Positions 52,616 through 61,967 of a stretch of DNA of 64,000 bases are shown piece by piece. The number at the start of each line of letters is the position of its first letter. Position 1 is the first letter of the stretch. The notes under the pieces are model-generated. The model was not told the origin of the DNA and did not search any database. It saw nothing but the letters and a program-made list of their open reading frames with translations. The DNA lies in the sequence record OP380604.1; one strand, 5' to 3'. The position numbers were made by a program, and so were the translations under genes.

Positions 52616-53126
52616 TAGGATTCAGTGTAAATACAAACTTTTTACGCTCTTGCCATGTTCCTGCCGTTGCAATGCCAATAATCTTCCAACCGAATCTGAA
52701 ATAAAACTGTTGTCCGAATATACTCGGCTTTCTCACAAAGAATTGAAAATGACCGTCGGGTTGGGTAATGAAATACCACCCGAATCCGTGCTCTTTCCCG
52801 TTTGTATAACCCAATGAGCCCTTCCAATCGAAATCTTTAGATTTAGGCTGATAAGCTAAAACGGACCAAGCAAATCCATATGCAGGGTTTCTAATAAGCC
52901 ATAGCACTCTCTGAACATATCTAGGATATCCAGTACAACGTTCCACATGGCCGCTATCACCGTCTAATGGAGCATCTGGTGTTTGATACCAGCTCAACCA
53001 GTTAGGCAGTGTTTCTTTATTTAGTGCGAATAACGGAAGAACCGGTGATAAGATCCAGCACGTTAGGCACATAAACAAATGAATAGGAAGCAAAGTCCAG
53101 AATTGAAACATTCTTAAAGCTAACAT
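52602..53126 (-). CDS. Conserved phage membrane-associated protein upstream of the endolysin
   Basis: Hydrophobic N-terminus, LP.WLSWYQTPD.PLDGD...WLIRNPAYGF family. Confidence 0.6.
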   Translation of the reverse strand: MLALRMFQFWTLLPIHLFMCLTCWILSPVLPLFALNKETLPNWLSWYQTPDAPLDGDSGHVERCTGYPRYVQRVLWLIRNPAYGFAWSVLAYQPKSKDFDWKGSLGYTNGKEHGFGWYFITQPDGHFQFFVRKPSIFGQQFYFRFGWKIIGIATAGTWQERKKFVFTLNPIDGG

Positions 53127-53145
53127 ATTATCTCCTTTAAAAGAA

Positions 53146-53165
53146 AAGGGAGCCGAAGCTCCCTT
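53146..53165 (-). terminator. Terminator after fibre gene
   Basis: AAGGGAGC-TTCG-GCTCCCTT followed by a T-run on the minus strand. Confidence 0.8.
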
Positions 53166-53170
53166 ATTAT

Positions 53171-56100
53171 TTAGTTAACAGTTTGTAGGTTGTAACCAAT
53201 TACAAATCTCATGCGAGAGTTTTCTTTGTATGTTACGAATGTTTGGTTGTCTCCAGCAAAACGTCCGTACCACTCAATTCCACCCGCGCCACCAGAAATA
53301 TCATAGTTTACACCAATTGCTTGCATATACTCTAGGTCATAACGTGTAAATGTTTTTGATGTAAAACATTCATTATTATCCCAAGCGGCAACGAACAAGA
53401 TCATATCAAAGTTTGTCCATGGCTGATTCAAAGCAAAGTTACCTGCGTTTAAATCTCCTGACCACAATGTAACTGCACCTCTCGCTCTAATATTCAAGTG
53501 ATTATGACCACCGGCAGGAGGTGGGTTACTTGCAGAATAAACCCTGTTACCGGAATCATATACGCCAGCAGGAGCTTTAAAGTTGCCGCTAATATCAAAA
53601 TAATAGATCGCTTGTGTATTAGCTGTTCCAGCTTCCGCAGATCCAACACGAATAACACCTTGTCCCCAAGTGTTACCTTGACGAAGTACACCTAGATCAA
53701 CATCAGTTGTATATCCAGCTCCGGTTGCATATCCTCTACTACGAACAAGTGGATAATAATCACTCGCTCCTGGAATTGCTCCGTAATCTACATGAAACGG
53801 AGCAATCGTTGTATATTGCGCTGCATATGCATGTCCATATGCATTAGACCACGTAGCTCCATTAAGTTTAATAGTTGAAGTATTAATGGTCGCAATTCGA
53901 GCCGCTTCGCCAAACGCACCGTTAGAAGTGCCGATATTCAAATCGCCTGTAGTATGATCCACCCACATAATACGACCGTGTTTTCCGGGAACATGGAATT
54001 CAAGAACAGGATTACCGCCGGTTCGTATCTGGAACTGCCCGCTATTGACGTAAGTTTTTGGATTCAAATCGATATTATTTGCACCAAATCCAGCAATAGC
54101 CCTTGACATATCTGGAGTCTGTCCGTGTGAAATAACAATACCAGAATCCGGAGCTATCTTGCTGATATGATACCAAGCTTTGCTATTATCATTTCTAAAC
54201 ATAGCACTAGCACCGGCGTCAAATATAGCGGCACCGGATTGTCCGGCTTTAAGCGACATTTGGTTATTTGTGTTGATTTGAATTCCTTGGTCAACTGCCC
54301 ATGGAGATCCACCCATTCCCAAATATACCGATTCTGGCTTATCTCCACCACCGTAGAATCCAACTCCACCTGCAATAACCGAAGGGTCTGTGCCAGTGAC
54401 CAATGCCAAACCACGAGCCCAACCACCAACAAATCCACTAGGTCTAACGTAATATTGCGACAATCCATTTCTACTGTTTATCTCGAATCCATGAACAGCA
54501 GTAACAGTTTTGTTGTTATTGAACTCAAGAGCGCGATAAGCATAATCAACACTAATATATGGCAACTTATCCGTGCCCGCGCTGATTTCCATTGCCAGTT
54601 GCCGTCCGTTACTATCAACACCCACTGTATTACCAACAAACCATTTACCGATAACTTTGCCGTCTGCTTGGAAACTGGTAATATTACTCATATTTCCAAT
54701 GCCTCCCGGACGTATTTGAACCGAAGCTTGATCTGTTGTATTGGTACCACCGCCGATAATAGTTCTACCGTCTGCACCAACAAACATACCCTGACTAGCA
54801 TTTCTCGCAGAAACAAATCCAGCGTCGTCGTTTGATGTAAACTGTTTAGCGTTTACTGTTCCAAGTGCAGATACTCCGCCAAGTTGATTCAAACTAAAGA
54901 TTGATGTTTCGCCGTTGTTGCCATGGTTTATTCTCAATAAGTTACCGTCAACGAACATATGATAACGGGTACCAGCGCCATCTTGCATACTGATAGAGCC
55001 TTTGTTGTTTACCTGAATAGCATTTTTGATACTAGCAGCAACAAGAGTTCCGTTCATTGTATCCCCTGCTTTAGCAACGTTCTTTGCGTCGATTGCATCG
55101 GCATAGTCTTTACGAACAAGGGCATTTGGCAAATTAACTTGCGGTGTTGTTGATACCGGTTTACGAATTTCAGTATTTCCGTTTTCGTTCGCTCTTAACA
55201 CCATGTCCGGTTCGGTAATACCAGTTGTATTTTCGTGAATTCGGAATGTTTTACCGTCAGCGGCAAAACTCCAACGCTTATCTCCGTTATCAGTTTCAAC
55301 GAAATGAATCTGGGGTGCGTTGTTTTTAATAGTCAACGACCCTGTCATTTCGTCTCCGGCGCGACTTACGAGATTCAGATCGTCATTAGTTGGCTTATTG
55401 CCAGAACTATAGATCTTTTCTCTTGTGACGATATCGGTAACAGTTAATCCTGTTGCGTCGCTAATCAGAATAGGATCTTCGCCGTAAACATATCCGTCAA
55501 TATAAACATAGTTCGAGCTTGCTGTTCCTCTATACAATGCAATATATTCAACACCGTCTGTATGAGTGTGATAAACAAGTTTTGAATTTGCATAGGAACT
55601 AGCGTAATGAATCTCAACGTCCTGTTGTGTATAAGCACTAACTGCCGAAATATCGATATAGTTGGCTTGTAGATTAGAAACGGTTGAACCTCGTTCAAAT
55701 GTAATACGGCCAACGAATCCACGTTTTGACAATGCCTTATCTTTATATCTGGGAGCAAACAGAATTAACATAGGCTTAGCGTCTGCCTGATATCCAAGAC
55801 GCTCCATAGTACGTTTAGCGGCCCCGTCTCCGGTATCTAACGATTTTCTCCAAGGACCCCATTCCATTTTACCGTCATTACGAGTTCTTGTGTAAGATGT
55901 TCCGTTTACTTTGTTTGTTGCAATCTGAGTTACAAAAGTATTTCCGTCTTTATCTGCACCAGTAACAATCATTGTGCCGTAATCAAAGGGAGGAGGATTA
56001 ACGGACCCAGTAGCCCTTGCTAGATATAAGTTATAAAAGCCAGAACTCTCATATTCGTCAAAGTTAATAGGACCCCTCAGCATTTTAGACTTGCCTTCAA

Positions 56101-57247
56101 GACCAACTCGATCTTTAATACTAGCCCATGGAATAAATCCGTCGGTATCAACAAGAACTCTACCGTTACCAGCATTCCACTTCATTGCTTGATGTAGAAC
56201 AACGTTTTTGGTAGTATATACTTCCGATGTAGTATTATAACCCAAATACAAATCACCACTAGCGGCACTTAATGTAACGTTGCCGTTATTGTGATCTCTA
56301 AAAATCGAATACTCTTTGCTGTTATAGAGAGAGTTAATACCGCCAACGCCTTCCAGTTTGATAATACCGTTGTTCTTCATGTTGCCACCGCTTCGACTCA
56401 ATGCGTCGGCTGGTAAATCATCAAGCTTAACTTTATCGCTCGTACTCATTGAACCCGCTGCGGTACGAGTGGCAGCCGTGATTGCCAGCGTTGGAGTCAC
56501 ACCACCTGTAGTAGTAAGTGGGGCAGTTGTCGCAATGCTTTGGACAGCGGTACCAACTTTGGTATCGACGTATTTCTTGTTCGCTGCGTGTGTGTCGGCA
56601 GTCGGTTGATCTTGAATGACAGGCAAATCGGTGAAAGTCTTAGTTCCAGCGATATTCTGATTTCCAGTGATCTTTACGTTTTGCGCGTCTAGTGTATTGA
56701 TTCTGGTATTAGCAGTAGCCAAATCCGCAGTCAATTTATCAGTCGTTGTTTCCGCAAATTGCATTGCGCGATCAACTTCTTTGTCCACGTAATCTTTACG
56801 AGTTGCGTGTGCAGCGGAAGATGGTGTTGTTGCTTGAATACTAACTTGACCTCCACCGAAATCGGTATAGTTTGCCAAGTTGTTTGTGTAAATTCGGAAG
56901 TTACCGGCGTCGTTAGTTAGAACTTGAATACCAGCGCGAGCACTTCCGTTTTTACGACGACTTGCAAGCAGCCAGTGTGCGCCAGATGTATTATCAATCT
57001 GTTGTTGGAAAGCTGCGTTTGCGCTCCCGCCTTGCCATGCAGTATCAACACCAGCGGCGATAACTTGTGCCGTCGTATCTACTATTCCTTTTAATGACAT
57101 CGCGCCATTAATAGTTTGACCGCCTTTCGAGCTAATCAAATCGAACTCTTTATAAAATAGGCTATCATCAAGAGGGTTTAGCTCAAGAATGCCTTGGTGC
57201 CAGATTAGATTTCCGCCAATCTGAGATCCTAATTTCAGATCTGCCAT
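53171..57247 (-). CDS. 37: Distal long tail fibre B (gp36-like N-terminus fused to gp37-like body, self-contained tip)
   Basis: MADLKLGSQIGGNLIWHQG resembles the T4 gp36 start; TRKDYVD motifs, pyocin-knob-like block, gp37-type APF...YYPLV segment; no C-terminal chaperone. Confidence 0.8.
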   Translation of the reverse strand: MADLKLGSQIGGNLIWHQGILELNPLDDSLFYKEFDLISSKGGQTINGAMSLKGIVDTTAQVIAAGVDTAWQGGSANAAFQQQIDNTSGAHWLLASRRKNGSARAGIQVLTNDAGNFRIYTNNLANYTDFGGGQVSIQATTPSSAAHATRKDYVDKEVDRAMQFAETTTDKLTADLATANTRINTLDAQNVKITGNQNIAGTKTFTDLPVIQDQPTADTHAANKKYVDTKVGTAVQSIATTAPLTTTGGVTPTLAITAATRTAAGSMSTSDKVKLDDLPADALSRSGGNMKNNGIIKLEGVGGINSLYNSKEYSIFRDHNNGNVTLSAASGDLYLGYNTTSEVYTTKNVVLHQAMKWNAGNGRVLVDTDGFIPWASIKDRVGLEGKSKMLRGPINFDEYESSGFYNLYLARATGSVNPPPFDYGTMIVTGADKDGNTFVTQIATNKVNGTSYTRTRNDGKMEWGPWRKSLDTGDGAAKRTMERLGYQADAKPMLILFAPRYKDKALSKRGFVGRITFERGSTVSNLQANYIDISAVSAYTQQDVEIHYASSYANSKLVYHTHTDGVEYIALYRGTASSNYVYIDGYVYGEDPILISDATGLTVTDIVTREKIYSSGNKPTNDDLNLVSRAGDEMTGSLTIKNNAPQIHFVETDNGDKRWSFAADGKTFRIHENTTGITEPDMVLRANENGNTEIRKPVSTTPQVNLPNALVRKDYADAIDAKNVAKAGDTMNGTLVAASIKNAIQVNNKGSISMQDGAGTRYHMFVDGNLLRINHGNNGETSIFSLNQLGGVSALGTVNAKQFTSNDDAGFVSARNASQGMFVGADGRTIIGGGTNTTDQASVQIRPGGIGNMSNITSFQADGKVIGKWFVGNTVGVDSNGRQLAMEISAGTDKLPYISVDYAYRALEFNNNKTVTAVHGFEINSRNGLSQYYVRPSGFVGGWARGLALVTGTDPSVIAGGVGFYGGGDKPESVYLGMGGSPWAVDQGIQINTNNQMSLKAGQSGAAIFDAGASAMFRNDNSKAWYHISKIAPDSGIVISHGQTPDMSRAIAGFGANNIDLNPKTYVNSGQFQIRTGGNPVLEFHVPGKHGRIMWVDHTTGDLNIGTSNGAFGEAARIATINTSTIKLNGATWSNAYGHAYAAQYTTIAPFHVDYGAIPGASDYYPLVRSRGYATGAGYTTDVDLGVLRQGNTWGQGVIRVGSAEAGTANTQAIYYFDISGNFKAPAGVYDSGNRVYSASNPPPAGGHNHLNIRARGAVTLWSGDLNAGNFALNQPWTNFDMILFVAAWDNNECFTSKTFTRYDLEYMQAIGVNYDISGGAGGIEWYGRFAGDNQTFVTYKENSRMRFVIGYNLQTVN

Positions 57248-57273
57248 TATAGACTCCTCTCAGTTTATAGCTG

Positions 57274-57309
57274 TATTTAGCAAAAAGAAAAGGGAGCCGA
57301 AGCTCCCTT
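57274..57309 (-). promoter_or_regulatory. Terminator plus late promoter for fibre B
   Basis: CUUCGG hairpin, then GCTAAATA (57281-57274) and an SD on the minus strand. Confidence 0.7.
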
Positions 57310-57310
57310 A

Positions 57311-57763
57311 TTATCCAGTAAAAGTCCAATCGTATCGTTTTTGCGGTGAAAATGGCGCGTTACCAAAAGTAACAGTTGCACTACCACCAGAACTCCACGC
57401 TTTTCTAATCGTAACGCCAGCTAAACTCATTCGTTGCCACGTATTCGCTGCAATACCATCGAGCGCAATAGCACCAGATGTCGTAATGTAAATCCATGGG
57501 TCACCTGATATAATAGCATATTGAGCAGTAGAACCGTATGGTCCACCGTGCTTGATAATAGTATTCGTGCCATCAAACCAGAAATTAACTGGGATAAAAT
57601 TAAAAAGTCTAGGAGCTTCAATTAGATTCAGATATCGTTTATCAACAAGTTCGCTAATCATACCAGCAGCCGGCAATCCAGCTTGAGTTCTCATATTTGA
57701 ACCCCATCCGTTTGCTCTGAACTCCGCATTCGCGGTACTCATCATGAAAGGTAATGCTACCAT
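57311..57763 (-). CDS. Putative gp38-type adhesin or fibre tip protein (short)
   Basis: Directly downstream of the chaperone-bearing fibre; N-terminus weakly like the T2-type gp38 attachment domain. Confidence 0.45.
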   Translation of the reverse strand: MVALPFMMSTANAEFRANGWGSNMRTQAGLPAAGMISELVDKRYLNLIEAPRLFNFIPVNFWFDGTNTIIKHGGPYGSTAQYAIISGDPWIYITTSGAIALDGIAANTWQRMSLAGVTIRKAWSSGGSATVTFGNAPFSPQKRYDWTFTG

Positions 57764-57793
57764 AATAATAACGGGGATTTCTCCCCGTCCTCC

Positions 57794-60700
57794 TTATTTA
57801 AGTTTAGATTTAAGTTCTTCAATTTCGGCTTTAAGTTCTTTGATTGCTTCTACCAACAGCGCGTTAACGCCAGAGTTAGAAACTGTCAAGAATTCTTCGC
57901 CAGCGGTATTTTTAAAGCTACCAACTGCTTCCGGTAATACTTTTTGCAGATGTTGAGCGATAATACCAGCTTCACGCTTATCACAGCCAAACTTGTCAAA
58001 TGTTTGTCCACTCAGAGTGCAAACTTTATCAACTGCATTCAAAATCGGTTGGAAATTAGATTTCAATCGAATATCAGAACGAATCTGAACATCGTTGAAA
58101 CTACCGTTTCGACTGAATTGAACATCACCGTTTTCCAAGTTCAACGTCATTGGATGAATGCCGTTAGGACCCGAGTCAAATGTACCGTTGTTTGCGCTAG
58201 GGGACCTCAACACATAGAACAAGTTACTGTTGCAGTGTAAGAATGCTCCCATGTGATCTGTATCTTGCAATACGATAGTTGGAGCGCCGTTGTTGATGTT
58301 CATGTTCCCAGTTATGTTCAACGCACCGAGAGCGGTTAGACCTTTATTCAAATAGAAAGAAGGTCTGTCGGTGTAAATGTGAGCATAGCTAGTATTCTGA
58401 GCACCAATATCAATAGAACCGTTTGTGCTAACGATCTGCAATTGCTTAGAACCACCAACTTGTAAGCGAACATGGAAATCTTCATCTGCTATTTGAGTAT
58501 GGTGGAAATCAATGTATTGTCCAATCTCCATCACACCGTTAGGGCCGACGAATGGGATCTTATTAAGGATGCCATCTTTCGTTCCGGCTTGACCATAGTT
58601 GACTTCATGAGCATTCATTTGTCGTCTCCAACCCGGAGAATAAGCAGAACCATGATTCACGTAGATAAACTGTCCACTGGCGTTATTCTGTGAATTTGGT
58701 GTCAAACTAGAGCCTGTTGTTGTTGGCGTAGTAATACGAATCATGTATTGAGCTTTACCAATTACTTCAACAATACACCCAGCCAAGTGAATGTTACCGT
58801 ATCCAGTATCAGTCAAAACGTTATTACCAGCATAATCCCACGTGGCTTTACCGCACCAATAAACAGTCTTGAATGCTCCCATTGTAGTTAGCATTTCAAT
58901 CATACGAGCTGTGGTAATACCAGTTTCACCAGAAGTTTTACCTGTAGCTTTGTCTGCAAACACGATCTCTTGTCCAGTAACGCTTACGTTATTATACGCA
59001 ACTACGTTACCACCGGCATTAATAGTCTTTGCGACGCTCAAATCGCCAGCCGGCATAGTTATAGCTCTGTCGTTTTCGAATCGAATCGCTTGATAAGTAC
59101 CATCAACGCTAATGTATGGAATCTTATTTGTAGCATCAACTTCCATAGCCAAAATGCGATCATTCTTTTGAACTGCGAGATAACTATCACCAATAACAGC
59201 GCCGGTAACAAGCGATCTATCCGGACTTAATTGCATCAGATACTTGTCGTTCAACTTAACACCAAATCCAGCCGATCCGGTTGAACTACCTCTAACATGA
59301 CCAAATATCATATTATCTTTGTACCACTGTGAGAATACACCACCGATAATGCGAGTTACACCAGTATTGCCTGTGTATTCTGCGGCATCGTTGGTCAAAG
59401 TAAGTTCGTTTGATTCTCTAGCAGCAAGAACAACATCATGCATAAATGTCGTGTTCGCTTTCTTGATGTTTATTAAATCAACAGCCGCTTTGCCACTCGC
59501 TTGAGTTCTAAACTTGAAATACTCATTATCATCGTCACCAACGGTAAAGTGCATGTAACTATCGACATCACCATTTGAATCGTTTTTAAATCCAATTCTA
59601 GCGTAATCTGTATTACGTGACCATTGAAGAATACTGTCATTTGAGAATGTCAAGTTACCAGTCATACTATCGCCAGTCTTATTGACAGCAGCAGCAGGCA
59701 ATCCGTCCAGTTTAGCCTTATCGGCAGCGGACATTGCACCGTCGGCAGAGTTTGTTGCGTTTGTCAGACTAATAACTGGGTTAATTCCACCTGTACTCTT
59801 AACTGCACCTGTAGCCGTAACGCTCTGTACCGCTGTGCCAACTTTGGTGTCTACATAATCCTTACGAGTTAATGCGTTTGCGCTATCGCTCTGTGGCAAG
59901 TTGGTATAAACGCCAGTGCTGCTAACCCAGAATGGAGTCAGGTAAGCACCTCCTGCGTTTTTAACACCACTTAACAACTCAAGTCTATCAGTTGCGATAT
60001 CACCGGTTGTGGATTGACGAATGAAGAATCTGTTATCTCCGTTACGAGCGAACGTAATATAATTCGGACCGTCGTCAGTAGAGTTCAGGGTCAACATACT
60101 ATCGTATGTGCTTTCAATGACAATATTAGCCGTTGATTTCAACGTACCGCTAATTGTATCGCCCTTTTTATTCACAAACTGAACAGAAGATGCCTCGCCG
60201 TATATCTCTTTCCATTCGCTCCACGTGCTTGTTCCTCTACCGCGAATGTATTTCAGACCGGTGAAAGTTGTATATTCTTGTTGAATACCGTATGCGGAAC
60301 GAGAAACGACCAATGAGCCAGCAACGCCAACGGGATAATGTAATGCCGCCGTTGCATTTGCATTGGTATCTTGGTAATAAAAGCCGATCCCAGTGACTGT
60401 ATCCAAGTCAACCGACAATTTAGTTCTAATGTCCGGCATAGATTGTGTATCGTCGGCAGTTGGCTTATTCCATTCTCCGTAAGTTTCTTTGTTATTGAAT
60501 AGAAGCTTACCGTCAAAAGCCCATAACATATCATAATCTGCTTGTGTTGCGGATGATGAATTCTTACCGGTTTTTGGCCAAGCAATACCTTCGCTAGTTG
60601 TATCCGACGGATCGTTGAATACTAACTGATTGATTCCGCCGATAGACCCGTTATTCAATTGAATGCTGTATTTTCCGTAACCCATTGAATCCGGAACTTT

Positions 60701-61858
60701 CATATTCAATAGACCGGTCATTTCATCGCCGTCGCGTGATACCAGATTCAACTCAACGTTTGTTGGCTTATCATTCTCATGATAAATTCTTGAGCTAGGA
60801 GCCCAATCGGTTCTACCATGCTTAAACCAAAGACGTTTATCATCGGTGTCAGATCTTGAACTAGAAAAAATAGACCAAGATGCGTAAGTTGTATCCCAGC
60901 CTTTAACAGTGAAACCAGAAACCCAGTTTGTTGAAACGTCGCTCTTGTTTGTGAAATAAGCCGAAATTGTGCGAGCATCCAGCGCACTTGGCTGAATCAT
61001 TGCCGCTCTTTCGTCTTTAACTCTGATCCAGTGTTTGGCGTCAACCTCTGCTTTCGTATAAGCGTTTAGATCGCCAGGAGTTGGCTTGTTGACAGGACTA
61101 TATACTTCTTTGTCTGTATCAACAAACAAACGCCCTACAGTTGTCATTTTGCCGTTTCTGAGATCGAACCAAATACTGTTCTCTCCGTCGGCAACAACTT
61201 TACTTGTCGCTGTTGTTACGGTAGGACTAAAACCAACACCATACCAAGATTTGATTTGAATATTTGTTTTATCTTTTGCTGCCGCGTCGCCTGTTCCGCC
61301 GAAAACGCCAGTATTATTCGCAACTGAACCACCAGGAAATTTAACTCGGATACCTTGATTGTCATTATGAAAATCAAGGTTACCAGTCATACCGTCACCG
61401 GTTTTATTGACTTTCTTCGCATCTTCTGCCACAACATAATCCCTACGGGTAAAGCTATTAGCTGCACCAGATTGTGGGCTGTTCGTCAATACCGGATATT
61501 GAAACGTTGCGCTATCACCGTTATTCAGAATAAACTGTGGAGCACTGTCAGTTACACCAGTTGAAATTGTATATAGACGATCATTAATAGTTTCGTGCCA
61601 AATTGTAGACGCCGCACCGGAGCGCATTTTACGCAAATAACGCTTAACGCCACCGGGACCGTCACTCATACTCTCGATATCGTATACATCATTCGGTGTA
61701 CCAAACTTGATTGAGCCAAGCATCGTTTGATACCCTTTTGTAGTCATTATTTCCTGATCGCGATAAAATAGTTTATCGTCAACGGGATTTAATTCCAGGA
61801 TTCCTTGGTGCCAGATTAGATTTCCACCAATCTGAGACCCCAATTTAAGATCTGCCAT
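57794..61858 (-). CDS. 37: Distal long tail fibre A (gp36-gp37 fusion) with C-terminal peptidase S74 intramolecular chaperone
   Basis: gp36-like MADLK...WHQG and GGTGD...IKSWYGVGF; C-terminal SDIRLK...GIIAQ...VLPEAV...ALLVEAIKEL. Confidence 0.85.
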   Translation of the reverse strand: MADLKLGSQIGGNLIWHQGILELNPVDDKLFYRDQEIMTTKGYQTMLGSIKFGTPNDVYDIESMSDGPGGVKRYLRKMRSGAASTIWHETINDRLYTISTGVTDSAPQFILNNGDSATFQYPVLTNSPQSGAANSFTRRDYVVAEDAKKVNKTGDGMTGNLDFHNDNQGIRVKFPGGSVANNTGVFGGTGDAAAKDKTNIQIKSWYGVGFSPTVTTATSKVVADGENSIWFDLRNGKMTTVGRLFVDTDKEVYSPVNKPTPGDLNAYTKAEVDAKHWIRVKDERAAMIQPSALDARTISAYFTNKSDVSTNWVSGFTVKGWDTTYASWSIFSSSRSDTDDKRLWFKHGRTDWAPSSRIYHENDKPTNVELNLVSRDGDEMTGLLNMKVPDSMGYGKYSIQLNNGSIGGINQLVFNDPSDTTSEGIAWPKTGKNSSSATQADYDMLWAFDGKLLFNNKETYGEWNKPTADDTQSMPDIRTKLSVDLDTVTGIGFYYQDTNANATAALHYPVGVAGSLVVSRSAYGIQQEYTTFTGLKYIRGRGTSTWSEWKEIYGEASSVQFVNKKGDTISGTLKSTANIVIESTYDSMLTLNSTDDGPNYITFARNGDNRFFIRQSTTGDIATDRLELLSGVKNAGGAYLTPFWVSSTGVYTNLPQSDSANALTRKDYVDTKVGTAVQSVTATGAVKSTGGINPVISLTNATNSADGAMSAADKAKLDGLPAAAVNKTGDSMTGNLTFSNDSILQWSRNTDYARIGFKNDSNGDVDSYMHFTVGDDDNEYFKFRTQASGKAAVDLINIKKANTTFMHDVVLAARESNELTLTNDAAEYTGNTGVTRIIGGVFSQWYKDNMIFGHVRGSSTGSAGFGVKLNDKYLMQLSPDRSLVTGAVIGDSYLAVQKNDRILAMEVDATNKIPYISVDGTYQAIRFENDRAITMPAGDLSVAKTINAGGNVVAYNNVSVTGQEIVFADKATGKTSGETGITTARMIEMLTTMGAFKTVYWCGKATWDYAGNNVLTDTGYGNIHLAGCIVEVIGKAQYMIRITTPTTTGSSLTPNSQNNASGQFIYVNHGSAYSPGWRRQMNAHEVNYGQAGTKDGILNKIPFVGPNGVMEIGQYIDFHHTQIADEDFHVRLQVGGSKQLQIVSTNGSIDIGAQNTSYAHIYTDRPSFYLNKGLTALGALNITGNMNINNGAPTIVLQDTDHMGAFLHCNSNLFYVLRSPSANNGTFDSGPNGIHPMTLNLENGDVQFSRNGSFNDVQIRSDIRLKSNFQPILNAVDKVCTLSGQTFDKFGCDKREAGIIAQHLQKVLPEAVGSFKNTAGEEFLTVSNSGVNALLVEAIKELKAEIEELKSKLK

Positions 61859-61883
61859 TTCTAATCCTCATGTTATTTTCATT

Positions 61884-61928
61884 TATTTAGCGATTTTGAA
61901 ATAAAAAAGCCCTGACCGAAGTCAGGGC
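61884..61928 (-). promoter_or_regulatory. Terminator plus late promoter for fibre A
   Basis: GCCCTGAC-TTCG-GTCAGGGC and a T-run, then GCTAAATA (61891-61884). Confidence 0.7.
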
Positions 61929-61967
61929 AAACCCGCAAGTAGCGGTAAGGGTACCGGGTAGGTACGA

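Noticed and set aside
53171-61858. Diversity-generating retroelement or invertase-driven fibre switching
   Set aside because: No reverse transcriptase or recombinase in the window, no adenine-specific TR/VR pair, and the repeats are direct rather than inverted.
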